A stretch of DNA of 48,402 nucleotides from Nitrospira sp. GTDB taxonomy: Bacteria > Nitrospirota > Nitrospiria > Nitrospirales > Nitrospiraceae. The stretch lies in NCBI GenBank assembly GCA_013696305.1, contig JACCYV010000151.1:1-48402 (forward strand), in the 5' to 3' direction. A program made the translations under genes and the position numbers. Shown piece after piece: positions 1 to 9,801 of the stretch (position 1 is the first letter of the stretch; every line of letters starts with the position of its first letter). Under the pieces are notes generated by a model that saw only the letters and a program-made list of their open reading frames with translations, did not search any database and was not told the origin of the DNA.

Positions 1-156
1 CGGCTGTGCGCAAAAGACGAACCCTGGTCGGTCATTTTCCTATCGAACGATCCCACTTTTACCGACCATGTCGATCGACGAATCGTCATTGAATAACGCT
101 GACGCTCGAAGCATAGGCCTCCGTCCAGCTCTCCGGTCTTCTGTACTCTAGATCTC

Positions 157-662
157 TTGCAATCAAACAGGCGCCTAGCGTCTCTGCCGACACATAGGCC
201 TGATCGGAGCGAATCGATTCCCTCTAAGCAATCATTGGCCACGAGCGTCACGGCCGGTGACGTCATCACGGCGGTCGGATTCATTGGACCGAACACGTCG
301 CAAGGGCGTGCGATGAAAGCGCTCTCCATCACCTTCACCAAAATCAGCCAGCCGCTGGTCGATGAACCGTCGACCACTCTTCCACTGCCGCCCCACCTCC
401 GCGGCCTGATCAGCACGGCGCTCACCGTCTGTGGAACCGTCGCCCGTTTCTTAGTGAATCCGCATGGAGATGTCGATAGACTAATCTTGAGGGAAGGTGC
501 GCAGATCACGTTCAAACCCCATCACGGAGCGCTCATTATCCCGGCCCTGGGACGCACCACGGGCCCAATCACCATCGCAGGATTCGGGCAAAAAACACCT
601 TTGGAACGGTGGTGGAAGGCGATTCTATTACAGAGGAAGGCCAGACCGTTTGGACACGGTAA
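157..662 (+). pseudogene. Hypothetical protein remnant, apparently 5'-truncated and frameshifted at ~600
   Basis: Protein-like sequence (TVCGTVARFLVNPHGDVDRLILREGAQITFKPHHG) runs to KTP at 600. Adding one T to the TTT at 600-602 continues it as FGTVVEGDSITEEGQTVWTR-stop (TAA 660-662). No convincing start or RBS. Confidence 0.5.
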
Positions 663-697
663 TAGATGCGACACCCCGCACACCAAGTGCCCGCAGA

Positions 698-1926
698 GTG
701 CGGGCACTTGATTACCTCAATATTTTTCTCGCCGATGTGCGGGATGGGGTCGGACCCTACCTAGCTATTTATTTATTGGCCACACAGCATTGGGATCCCG
801 CGAGTATCGGCATCGCCATGTCCGCGATGGGTATCGCGACCGTCGTGGCACAGACTCCCTGTGGGGCGCTGATCGATGCGCTCAAGCAGAAACGATTGCT
901 GATCGTCATGGCCGCCTTGCTGGTCGGTGTGAGTTGCGCCGCCATCGCGCTATTGCCGACATTTGCCTTCATCATGACGGCCCAGGCTCTCAATGGAATC
1001 GCGGCCGCCATCTTCCCTCCCGCCGTCGCCGCCATCACGCTCGGGATCGTGGGGCCGAAGAAATTCGCCGCCCGGATAGGCCAAAACGAGGCCTTCAACC
1101 ATGCCGGGAATGTCGGCGCGGCCGCCCTCGCCGGATTGGCAGGATACGTCCTCCGCACAGAATGGATTTTCTATTTGGTGGCCGCGATCGCGGGGGCCAG
1201 CATTCTGTCTGCGCTGGTCATCAACGAAGACGACATCGATCATGATGTGGCGCGTGCAGCCCTACCCCGCAACGCTCAGCCGAATAACGCCGTCTCAGGG
1301 ATCAGGCATTGCTCGCGCATCGGGAGATTCTGATCTTCGCACTCAGCGTGACGCTCTTTCATTTCGCCAACGCCGCCATGCTTCCGCTCGCAGGACACTT
1401 GCTCTGGCAGGGCAAGGCCACCGGAGCCTCTCTCTACATGTCGGCCTGCATTATTGCCGCGCAACTGGTCATGATCCCCGTGGCCGTCTTCGCGGGAGCG
1501 CAGGCAGACCGCTGGGGACGCAAGCCCATTTTTCTGATTGGCTTTGGGGTTCTTCCGATTCGCGGCTTCCTGTATACGCTCTGCGACGACCCGTTCTTTA
1601 TCGTCGCCGTCCAACTGCTGGATGGCATCGGAGCCGGAATTTTCGGAGTTCTCTGGGTCACGGTGGTCGCGGATCTGACAAAAGGAACCGGGCGATATAA
1701 TCTCACCCTCGGCGCCATCGCGACGGCGCAAAGCATCGGCGCGGCCCTCAGCAATGTCGTCGCTGGTTATGTCGTCAATGCCTGGGGCTATAATGCGGGG
1801 TTTCTCATGCTCGCCGGAATTGCAGCCTGTGCTCTAACTATCTTTTACTGGTCTATGCCCGAGACCAGGGAACGCGACATTCAGCCGACGGCTCAACTAT
1901 CTCCTGCAATATATCTCACGGCCTGA
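698..1926 (+). pseudogene. MFS transporter split by a frameshift near 1305
   Basis: The N-half (ORF 497..1333: LNIFLADVRDGVGPYL, GALIDALKQKR) and C-half (ORF 1309..1926: GAQADRWGRKP) are in different frames. One extra G at 1305-1306 joins them (IR-ALLAHRE). Start uncertain: GTG 698 or in-frame ATA 662. Confidence 0.8.
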
Positions 1927-1972
1927 ACAGTAGTTGCATCCGTTCACCTGGCACCTGATAAGAGGAGACCCT

Positions 1973-2332
1973 ATGTCATCGACGTTGGTTGCCACCGTTG
2001 CCCTGCTCATTCTTTCCAATCTCTTCATGACGCTGGCCTGGTACGGTCATCTTCGTTTCACAAGCCATCCCTTGTGGCTGGCGGTGATGGCGAGTTGGGG
2101 CATCGCATTTTTTGAATATTGCCTTCAGGTGCCGGCCAACCGGATCGGATACCAAGCCTTCTCGGCCTACCAGTTGAAGACCTTGCAGGAAATCATCACC
2201 CTGTCGGTGTTTATCGTCTCTGCCGAAGTCTATTTGGGGGAAGGCCTCAAGCCGAAACATCTGGCAGGATTTGTCTTGCTCGGTCTCGCAGCCTGGACGA
2301 TTTTTCAAGATCGGTATGGATTAGAGTGGTAG
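1973..2332 (+). CDS. DMT family small membrane protein (DUF486-like)
   Basis: SNLFMTLAWYGHL, SWGIAFFEYCLQVPANRIG and QLKTLQEIITL motifs; AGGAG RBS before ATG 1973. Confidence 0.88.
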   Translation: MSSTLVATVALLILSNLFMTLAWYGHLRFTSHPLWLAVMASWGIAFFEYCLQVPANRIGYQAFSAYQLKTLQEIITLSVFIVSAEVYLGEGLKPKHLAGFVLLGLAAWTIFQDRYGLEW

Positions 2333-2495
2333 GACGATTCGGCGGAAGGGGCCAGTTGTGGGAAACTGGTGTTGATGCGCGAGACAGAGAACGGGTACAT
2401 TCATAACCGCAGGTTTGACCATCTATTAATTCCTTTTGTAGAATGTGCCCCGTGCACACCGACGAACCCCCGCGTGAAGGAACTGATCCCGCTTC

Positions 2496-3272
2496 ATGAC
2501 TGTCGTGACCCACCCATGGGCTTCCGTGGTCATCCCTATTAAGGATGAACGCGACAATCTGGTTCCCCTGACTGAGCAACTCGTGAAGGTCCTGGAAAGC
2601 CGGGAGGAATCACGATCGGCCCCATTCGAGCTCCTGTTCATCGACGACGGCAGCACCGACGGCAGTTCGGAAGTGCTCGATGGCCTGGCCGCTCAACACG
2701 GTGCGGTTCACGTGTTTCACTTCGACCGCAATTATGGACAGTCGGCGGCCTTCGATGCCGGATTCAAACAATCGACCGGAGAGCTGGTGATGACGATCGA
2801 CGGCGATCTGCAAAACGACCCGGCGGATATCGCCACACTGCTCCCGCTCATCCGGACCTTCGACCTGGTGTGCGGCTGGCGCAAAGACCGTCATGACAAC
2901 CTGACACGCAAGATTTCTTCTCGTATTGCCAATGCCGTCCGTAGCGCCGTCACCGGAGATCGGGTACACGATACCGGCTGCTCTCTGAAACTGTTTCGCC
3001 GCTCGGTCGTGGATAAATTGCAACTCTTCGAGGGCATGCACCGGTTCTTTCCCGCCCTCGCTCTGATGCATGGATTCACCGTCGCGGAAGTGCCGGTGCG
3101 CCACTACCCTCGCGCCCACGGGACCTCCAAATACGGCGTGGGCAATCGGCTGTTCAAAGGCCTCTACGACTTGGCCGCCGTGCGATGGATGCAGCATCGA
3201 TGCCTGCGCTACCACTATCGTTCAGCCCTCCCAACCTCATCCTCATCGCGGCCGGCATCCACACGCCTATGA
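2496..3272 (+). CDS. Glycosyltransferase family 2, polyprenyl-phosphate glycosyltransferase (ArnC/RgtE/DPM1-like)
   Basis: SVVIPIKDE, FIDDGSTDGS, RNYGQSAA, TIDGDLQNDP, HDTGCSLKLFR, GMHRFFP motifs. Confidence 0.92.
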   Translation: MTVVTHPWASVVIPIKDERDNLVPLTEQLVKVLESREESRSAPFELLFIDDGSTDGSSEVLDGLAAQHGAVHVFHFDRNYGQSAAFDAGFKQSTGELVMTIDGDLQNDPADIATLLPLIRTFDLVCGWRKDRHDNLTRKISSRIANAVRSAVTGDRVHDTGCSLKLFRRSVVDKLQLFEGMHRFFPALALMHGFTVAEVPVRHYPRAHGTSKYGVGNRLFKGLYDLAAVRWMQHRCLRYHYRSALPTSSSSRPASTRL

Positions 3273-3568
3273 CCCTCGACACCGTCTGGTTGATCATCGG
3301 ATTCCTCGGTCAGGGCGTCTTTTTCATGCGCTGGGTCGTCCAATGGATTGCCTCAGAACGTCATGCTGAAAGTCGCATCCCCACCGCCTTCTGGTATATG
3401 AGTCTGTTGGGCGGATTGATTACTCTCGCCTATGCGATCTATCGGCAAGATCCCGTCTTCATCGCGGGACAGAGTATCGGAAGCGTGGTCTACCTCCGCA
3501 ACCTCATGCTGATCTACCGGTCCAACCCGGCCGACTCGCCCAAGACCTCTACGGCCACTAAATCCTAA
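3269..3568 (+). CDS. Lipid-A-disaccharide synthase N-terminal (LAB_N) domain membrane protein, RgtF-like
   Basis: IGFLGQGVFFMRWVVQWIASE..ES.IP.AFWYMSL.GG..TLAYAI..QDPVFI.GQ; ATGA overlap with the GT2 stop. Confidence 0.88.
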   Translation: MTLDTVWLIIGFLGQGVFFMRWVVQWIASERHAESRIPTAFWYMSLLGGLITLAYAIYRQDPVFIAGQSIGSVVYLRNLMLIYRSNPADSPKTSTATKS

Positions 3569-5368
3569 ATGGAACCCCAATTGAATGGACAGCCCTCCTC
3601 CTCGCAGGCGCCGGCGCACGTCGAGAGGTCGATCCAACCGCTGACGCTGATCCTGCTGCTGGCGATGGCCGCTGTGTTGTTCTTCGTCGGACTCGGCTCA
3701 ACCGGCCTGACTGATCGTGACGAAGGACGGAACGCCGAGGCCGGCCGCGAGATGTATGAAACGGGCGATTACATCAGCCCGACATTCAACTTTGAGCCGC
3801 GCTTCGCGAAGCCGGTGTTTGTTTATTGGTTGATGAGCCTCTCGTACCATGCGTTCGGGGTGAATGAATTTGCGGCGCGGTTTCCGTCAGCCCTTTTCGG
3901 CCTGGGCCTGATTCTCCTCCAATATCTGTTTCTGACGCGCTGTCGCGGACCGGTGATTGGGCTCTTCGGCGCGGTGATGTTATTGTTGAACCTCGAAATC
4001 ATCGGCCTCGGACGCTTGGCGCTGACCGACAGTGTCTTGATTTTTTTTACGACCTTGTCGCTCTACGGATTCTGGTTGGGATTGTATGGCACGGGGCGTG
4101 AACACCACTACATGTGGCTGTTTTACATCGGCCTGGCACTGGGCACCCTGACGAAAGGTCCGATCGGATTCTTAATTCCCTTACTGGCTGTGGGGCTCTA
4201 CCTCTGGCTGACCAAGTCATGGTCGCTCTATTGGCGCCACGGGTTTCCTCTTCCAGGCCTGCTCGTCTTCCTGATCCTAGCCCTGCCTTGGTACCTGACG
4301 ATGCTGAGCATTCACGGACAGCGCTATACGACCTCCGCGCAGGGCGACACGGTGGGTCGATTCTTCGGCGCCATGGAGGGCCACGGCGGCACTCTGCTGT
4401 TTTATTTCCCCGTTTTTCTGCTCGGGTTTTTCCCCTGGAGCGGCTTGCTGCCCTTCGCCTGGTACCAGGCCTATCAAAGCTGGCGGGACTCCAGAAAGAC
4501 GGGTGCGCTCCCGCCCGCCCCGTCCTCAGTTCTCAGTGACCAGCCTTCCTCCCATGCGCTTGAATGGTTTGCCGCCATCTGGACTTTTGCAGGACTAGTC
4601 TTTTTTAGCCTCTCTTCCACACGTTTGCCGCATTACATCGCCCCGTTGTTTCCCGCTGCGGCGATTTTGACCGCCTCATACTGGCATCGCTGTGTTTCCG
4701 ACCAGGGCGTTTCAAGTATGCGTGCCGCCATTCACACCATGACGGCTGCGGGGTTTATCCTGGCCCTGATGTTCGCCTCGCTGCCGCCCCTATATGCACG
4801 GTTCGCCGGAAAATTGATTAATGAGTTTCCTCTGGCGGGCCAGGTCCCGCTTGGTCCTGGACCCTATACCATTGCCTCGATTTTTCTGGTCGGGATGGGT
4901 CTCGTGGCATACTTTGGCTTCAGCGAGACGAGACGACCGGCCGCCTTCTGGGCCGCGGGAGGATCGCTGGCTCTCGTGGCACTCGCGACCATACAATTGA
5001 TCTTTCCATTGGTGAATCACTTTGTCATAGAACCACCGCAGCGGTTGGCGGATGTCGCCGGGATCAATCTTGGTCCCAACGATCGGTTGATCCTCTATGG
5101 TCAACCCCGTCCCTCACTGGTGTTTTATGCCAAACGAAAATCCATCATCATTCCTAAGAATGAAGAGGCGAACATCAAGCCGTACCTGACCCAGCCGGGA
5201 CGCACGATGATCCTATTACCGACGGCGATGAGAAACAGACTCCCGGTGGAAACGATAGACTATCCGGTCTTGCTCGAGCGGCACGGGTACCTCCTGCTGG
5301 CTAATCAATCGCTGATCCATGTCCCAGAACAGGCGGAGCGGCCTCCAGCCCGCATTCCAGGGCATTGA
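3569..5368 (+). CDS. ArnT-family (GT-C, PMT_2) lipid-linked sugar transferase
   Basis: DRDEGRNAEAGREM, RFAKPVFVYWL, GVNEFAARFPSA, LTKGPIG, TRLPHYIAP motifs; many TM helices; abuts the LAB_N gene. Confidence 0.9.
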   Translation: MEPQLNGQPSSSQAPAHVERSIQPLTLILLLAMAAVLFFVGLGSTGLTDRDEGRNAEAGREMYETGDYISPTFNFEPRFAKPVFVYWLMSLSYHAFGVNEFAARFPSALFGLGLILLQYLFLTRCRGPVIGLFGAVMLLLNLEIIGLGRLALTDSVLIFFTTLSLYGFWLGLYGTGREHHYMWLFYIGLALGTLTKGPIGFLIPLLAVGLYLWLTKSWSLYWRHGFPLPGLLVFLILALPWYLTMLSIHGQRYTTSAQGDTVGRFFGAMEGHGGTLLFYFPVFLLGFFPWSGLLPFAWYQAYQSWRDSRKTGALPPAPSSVLSDQPSSHALEWFAAIWTFAGLVFFSLSSTRLPHYIAPLFPAAAILTASYWHRCVSDQGVSSMRAAIHTMTAAGFILALMFASLPPLYARFAGKLINEFPLAGQVPLGPGPYTIASIFLVGMGLVAYFGFSETRRPAAFWAAGGSLALVALATIQLIFPLVNHFVIEPPQRLADVAGINLGPNDRLILYGQPRPSLVFYAKRKSIIIPKNEEANIKPYLTQPGRTMILLPTAMRNRLPVETIDYPVLLERHGYLLLANQSLIHVPEQAERPPARIPGH

Positions 5369-5376
5369 TTCGCTTC

Positions 5377-6462
5377 TCACTGCAGCGGCACGAGCCCTTT
5401 CAGTGCCTGGATTGCTGCCACAGCGGCGATGGCTCCCACCACATAAAGACTGCCATTAAGCCATGAAGGCGGAGTGGCCGGCGACTGCATTGCGTGCACA
5501 GACACACCGCTCCACCGCGCGAGACAGATGAGGCCCGCCAATCCGATGACGACCGGCGCATTCGTCACGAGACCCAACCCCAACCCCAGGAGGCTTTCTG
5601 AGACTTCGCCTCTGGGCAAGTCGGGCCCTATCGACGAGTGCCGGTGCTGTGTCAGCCGTAACACCAGTCCCCCCGCCACGAGTGCCGTTCCAGACGCGAG
5701 CAGGATTCCATCCGTCAGCGAATCGGCAATCCGATGAGTCAGCACCCAGAACAACCCTGTGATGAGCACCGTCATCGGCGCAATCCGCACACATGCCTGG
5801 GCCCATGATCGTCCCCACCACCTCAGCGGCCTATTGAAGATCGATCCCACTACGAATCCTGTCACCATCCCAGCCACAACGTCACTGGGGAAGTGGGAGC
5901 CTCGCCATATTCGACTGGCTCCCACCCACGCGATCATGGCAAACGGCACCCATCGCAAACGGGGCAACGCTCGGCCCAACACGGTCACCACGGCCATGCT
6001 CGCCGAGGTATGTCCGGAGGGAAACGAGTCCAGCCCTGAGTCCAACGACGGCCACAAGTGCCACTCGCCGGAATGTGTGAGGCGTGGCCTCGGACGACCA
6101 ATGACGTGCTTGAGCCCGTTGACGAGAAGCGCCACCACGCCATGCGCGAGCAGACTGTCGCGGCCCATGCGAGTGAGCGAGCCACGCTTCAGGTACAGCC
6201 CCGTTCCCAACACCAACAGGCTGACTGTGATAAGCGTACCGCCGTTGCCGAGCTTTTCACCCGCATCGCCAAACGCTTGAAGGGCTGACAGATCGTGCGA
6301 CCGCAGAAACCACAGGAGGGGAATATCGACCTGAAAAAGCGCGGCCAGGGATCCGATCAATGCGAGCGCGGAAAGGACCACTGCCGGTACCGGCGGACGG
6401 ACCGGTGGTGGCTCGGGCTGCGCGACTCGTGTCGCAGCCCGTCCGTCACCCGGTTGGATCAT
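5377..6462 (-). CDS. PAP2 family phosphatase with extra C-terminal TM segments (LpxE/LpxF or undecaprenyl-PP phosphatase-like)
   Basis: C1 KHVIGRPRP, C2 SFPSGH, C3 SRIWRGSHFPSD; ATG 6462 overlaps the upstream stop (ATGA). Confidence 0.88.
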   Translation of the reverse strand: MIQPGDGRAATRVAQPEPPPVRPPVPAVVLSALALIGSLAALFQVDIPLLWFLRSHDLSALQAFGDAGEKLGNGGTLITVSLLVLGTGLYLKRGSLTRMGRDSLLAHGVVALLVNGLKHVIGRPRPRLTHSGEWHLWPSLDSGLDSFPSGHTSASMAVVTVLGRALPRLRWVPFAMIAWVGASRIWRGSHFPSDVVAGMVTGFVVGSIFNRPLRWWGRSWAQACVRIAPMTVLITGLFWVLTHRIADSLTDGILLASGTALVAGGLVLRLTQHRHSSIGPDLPRGEVSESLLGLGLGLVTNAPVVIGLAGLICLARWSGVSVHAMQSPATPPSWLNGSLYVVGAIAAVAAIQALKGLVPLQ

Positions 6463-7604
6463 GGAACCCAATCGGCGATAAAAACATTGAATTCTCCCCG
6501 CTCTTTCGTCCCCCGATCGGACACCCAGACGAGACGCTTTCCGTCGGGGGAGAACATGGGAAAACTATTGAATTGCCCGTCGAACGTCAACCGTTCAAGG
6601 CCGGACCCGTCCTCGTTGACAAGGTAGAGATGAAACGCCGGCCGCCCCAACTCGTGTCGAGTCTCCACATTGGACGAGAAGATCAGGCGATGGCCATCCG
6701 GATGGAAATAGGGAGAAAAATTGGAGGCGCCGTTGTGCGTCACTTGCTGTTTAGCAGACCCGTCGGCGTTCATGATGAAGAGCTCAAGCCGACCCGGCTC
6801 CACCAGGTTTTGACCCAGGAGAGCTGTGTACTGGTCGAGCTCTTCTTGATTACTCGGATGTTGCGCTCGATACACGACGCGTTTGCTGTCGGGCGAAAAG
6901 AAGGCCCCGCCGTCGTACCCGACTTCCTGAGTAAGCCGCCGAGGACGAGTGCCATCCAGATCCATCGCGTAGATATCCAGATCGCCGTCACGCATGGAGG
7001 TCCATACGATCGTCTTACCGTTGGGAGACACCGTCGCCTCGGCATCGTACCCGGGAGTGTTCGTCAGTCGCTGCGGATCTTGCCCATCGATCCGAACTGA
7101 AAAGAGATCATAGTCGTCCAGCGCCCAACGATAGGCACCATCCCGTTTTGGCTTCGGAGGGCAATTGGGCGATCTCAGATGAGTAGATGAGTACAACACC
7201 CGGCGATCGCCAGGAAAGAAGTAGCCGCAGGTCGTGGTCCCCACTCCGGTGCTGACCATGCGAATCGTGTCGCTCCCCAGATCCATGACGTACATTTGAT
7301 AGCAACCGAGCGGTTGGTCACCCGGTTTCATGGCGGCGGCATACGTATCTTTCATCCAATTGTTCGTGGACTGAAAGATCAACTTGTTCCCACTGAATGA
7401 AAAATAGGCCTCGGCATTCTGTCGACCGAACGTAAGTTGCCGGACATTCATGAGATGCCGCTCGGCCGATGCGGTCGGTTTCACGGGAACTTGAACCTGC
7501 TTCGGCGCGGCTGCTCCCGCGGGGATCGTCAGGATAGCGCACAGTACAAGCCCTAACATCCCCATGATCAATCGATTACTCTGTTTCAATTTGCACCTCT
7601 GCAC
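6459..7604 (-). CDS. TolB-like PD40 beta-propeller secreted protein
   Basis: Signal peptide, then repeated WD40-like/PD40 units (EAYFSFSGNKLIF, EATVSPNGKTIVW, FFSPDSKRVVY, PYFHPDGHRLIF, PMFSPDGKRLVW). Exact start uncertain. Confidence 0.88.
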   Translation of the reverse strand: MQRCKLKQSNRLIMGMLGLVLCAILTIPAGAAAPKQVQVPVKPTASAERHLMNVRQLTFGRQNAEAYFSFSGNKLIFQSTNNWMKDTYAAAMKPGDQPLGCYQMYVMDLGSDTIRMVSTGVGTTTCGYFFPGDRRVLYSSTHLRSPNCPPKPKRDGAYRWALDDYDLFSVRIDGQDPQRLTNTPGYDAEATVSPNGKTIVWTSMRDGDLDIYAMDLDGTRPRRLTQEVGYDGGAFFSPDSKRVVYRAQHPSNQEELDQYTALLGQNLVEPGRLELFIMNADGSAKQQVTHNGASNFSPYFHPDGHRLIFSSNVETRHELGRPAFHLYLVNEDGSGLERLTFDGQFNSFPMFSPDGKRLVWVSDRGTKERGEFNVFIADWVP

Positions 7605-9768
7605 TCATCGTATCCTCCCAGTCTCCGCGTGCTGTCACGGTTCCATCGCGAAACACCACATAACTCTGCCATCCATAAAAAAACAAGAGTCGACTGACGC
7701 GACCCAGCGCCTGTGGCGTCACCCCATAGAGCCAGGTGATCATGCTGTCTGGATGGTCTTCACGCCTGCAGGACACCAACAGCGCCATGGTCGGCCCTTC
7801 GTACGTCCGCCCCTGCACTGAAAATCCGTTCTCGGTGAGACGAACCTTATCGCCACAGTATCGCACGGCACTTGACGCAATCGAGTTATCGCGAGAACTA
7901 CCTAGCATCAGCAACGATCCCTCAGGCAAGTGTGCGTCCCCCGCCTCCGACTGAAGTATCGTCGTGCGCTGCGCCGCAGGTATCGCCGCTTCCTGAACGG
8001 CAATGCGTTGAACGATCGCACCGAACGGACCGCTCTGATCAGATGAGGCAGCATGAGACACAACAACCGTTCGCACAAAATCCGTCACATAGAGATTCAA
8101 CATGGGGGCCATGGCGCGACGCGCCACCCGACGAAAGAGATGATAGCCAGGGTCCAGCCGGACGGCCAGCGGGCGCTCCGAAAGCGGCACGATCACCTCT
8201 TCTTGTGCGTCGATCACTTGGATGCGGACACGCTGAGAACGGCCCCCTGCGAACATGAACTCTAACTCGACGGGGACTCGATACGGGGCTTCTCGCTGAA
8301 CTATATGCACTGCCGCCTCTACCATTCTCGCTTGCTCTGAGTTCCCGTGAGCCGGTTGCACGCGCAATTGAGACAACGCAAGCTCCGGCGCGCCGGCCCG
8401 CTCGATCCACTGGGCAAAAAACCACCGCAAGTCCCGGCCGGCGGCTTTCTGAAAGGTTCGTTCCAGATCTTTCCACTCGATCACTGCGCCAAGGTACTGT
8501 TCCGGAATTTGTTTCAGCGCCCGCCAAAACACGGCGTCGCCTACTTCCTGTCTAAGCAGATGAAACACCATGGCGGATTTTTGATAGCCGATAGCATTGT
8601 CTTTTTCGTCGCTCTTCTGCGCAAAGTTTTCGAGCGGGTAATCGTCGCCCGGGCGAACATAGACGGAGTAGCCCATCAGCATCAGACGCCGTTGTTCGCG
8701 GGCCTGCGCCTCGTCGCCGGTGAGTTCGTGATAATAGTAGTTCGAAAGATACGTCGTTAAGCCCTCGACCCAATTGCCGCGGCTCACCCGATTAAACACG
8801 CCATTGCCGATCCAGGAATGCACGATTTCGTGTCCCAGCGCGTAGGGCTGGGTGTAGTGGCGCTTGATGGCTCCGCTCCCCAGCAGCGTAAATGACGGCA
8901 TTCCCAATCCACTCGAGAAAAAATTCTCCACGACGGCAAATTGTGAAAACGGATAGGGACCGAGGAGCGGAATATAGGCATCGAGGTATCGGGCCGAGGC
9001 GTCGAGGTACTCATCGGCGAGCGCGGCCTCTTCGGGAAACAGGTAGGTGGCCAACAGAATCGCCTGACCGGACTTGGCCTGCCAGGCGCGAGTCTTCGCG
9101 ACAAAGCGGTTGGCGACGACCGTCAGCGCCTCGGTCTTGGAGGAGACCACCCATCGTGCGGGATCAGCCTGTGGAGTTCCCTGTGTCACGGCGACCCACC
9201 CGTCCGGTACGGTGATCATCACATCATAGGTGGCCAGTGACTCTTCGAGGTCCGGGTACCACTGGCTCTCGCTGCTGAGGTAGACCCCCTCCGGTCCAAT
9301 GTGGCCGGAAGTCTCACTGGGAGTGACGAAGCGAAGATGACGTGGATCACGGGGGGGATCGTCGACCACTCCATGATAGGAAAACTTCAATCGTACCGAT
9401 CCGTTCGTCGGGTCGGCGGGGGGCTGTTTCAGGATAATGCGTTGGAGCTCTGTCTGACCGGATGACTCGCTTCGAGAGAAGGCAAGAGAGGTACTGGATT
9501 TGCAGGATTCCTGGCAGGAAGTTACATCCTCGACCAGGTCGAGACGAAGAGTGGGCGCAAGCGAAAATGCCAGCTCCTCACCCTGAGACCCTCCAGCAAT
9601 GGTCAGCTGATCTGTCGCAAGTAATTGGTGGGAATCTGGAAGCAGCTCCAGTACAAGCTGGTGGTGTTCAATCGTCGGGTGGTGTGAAACGGACTCAGCA
9701 ACCGCAGGAGCAGGAAGGAGAATGGCCGCAAGCAGACTGAACCGGATGAGGCGATGCAAACAATTCAC
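7576..9768 (-). CDS. Secreted M1-family (gluzincin) metallopeptidase
   Basis: Signal peptide; HEIVH followed by NWVEGLTTY (third Zn ligand) and IGYQKSAMVFH (catalytic Tyr region). Confidence 0.88.
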   Translation of the reverse strand: MNCLHRLIRFSLLAAILLPAPAVAESVSHHPTIEHHQLVLELLPDSHQLLATDQLTIAGGSQGEELAFSLAPTLRLDLVEDVTSCQESCKSSTSLAFSRSESSGQTELQRIILKQPPADPTNGSVRLKFSYHGVVDDPPRDPRHLRFVTPSETSGHIGPEGVYLSSESQWYPDLEESLATYDVMITVPDGWVAVTQGTPQADPARWVVSSKTEALTVVANRFVAKTRAWQAKSGQAILLATYLFPEEAALADEYLDASARYLDAYIPLLGPYPFSQFAVVENFFSSGLGMPSFTLLGSGAIKRHYTQPYALGHEIVHSWIGNGVFNRVSRGNWVEGLTTYLSNYYYHELTGDEAQAREQRRLMLMGYSVYVRPGDDYPLENFAQKSDEKDNAIGYQKSAMVFHLLRQEVGDAVFWRALKQIPEQYLGAVIEWKDLERTFQKAAGRDLRWFFAQWIERAGAPELALSQLRVQPAHGNSEQARMVEAAVHIVQREAPYRVPVELEFMFAGGRSQRVRIQVIDAQEEVIVPLSERPLAVRLDPGYHLFRRVARRAMAPMLNLYVTDFVRTVVVSHAASSDQSGPFGAIVQRIAVQEAAIPAAQRTTILQSEAGDAHLPEGSLLMLGSSRDNSIASSAVRYCGDKVRLTENGFSVQGRTYEGPTMALLVSCRREDHPDSMITWLYGVTPQALGRVSRLLFFYGWQSYVVFRDGTVTARGDWEDTMSAEVQIETE

Positions 9769-9801
9769 CCTTCACCGACACTCCGAGATGGACGGTGAAG
9801 A

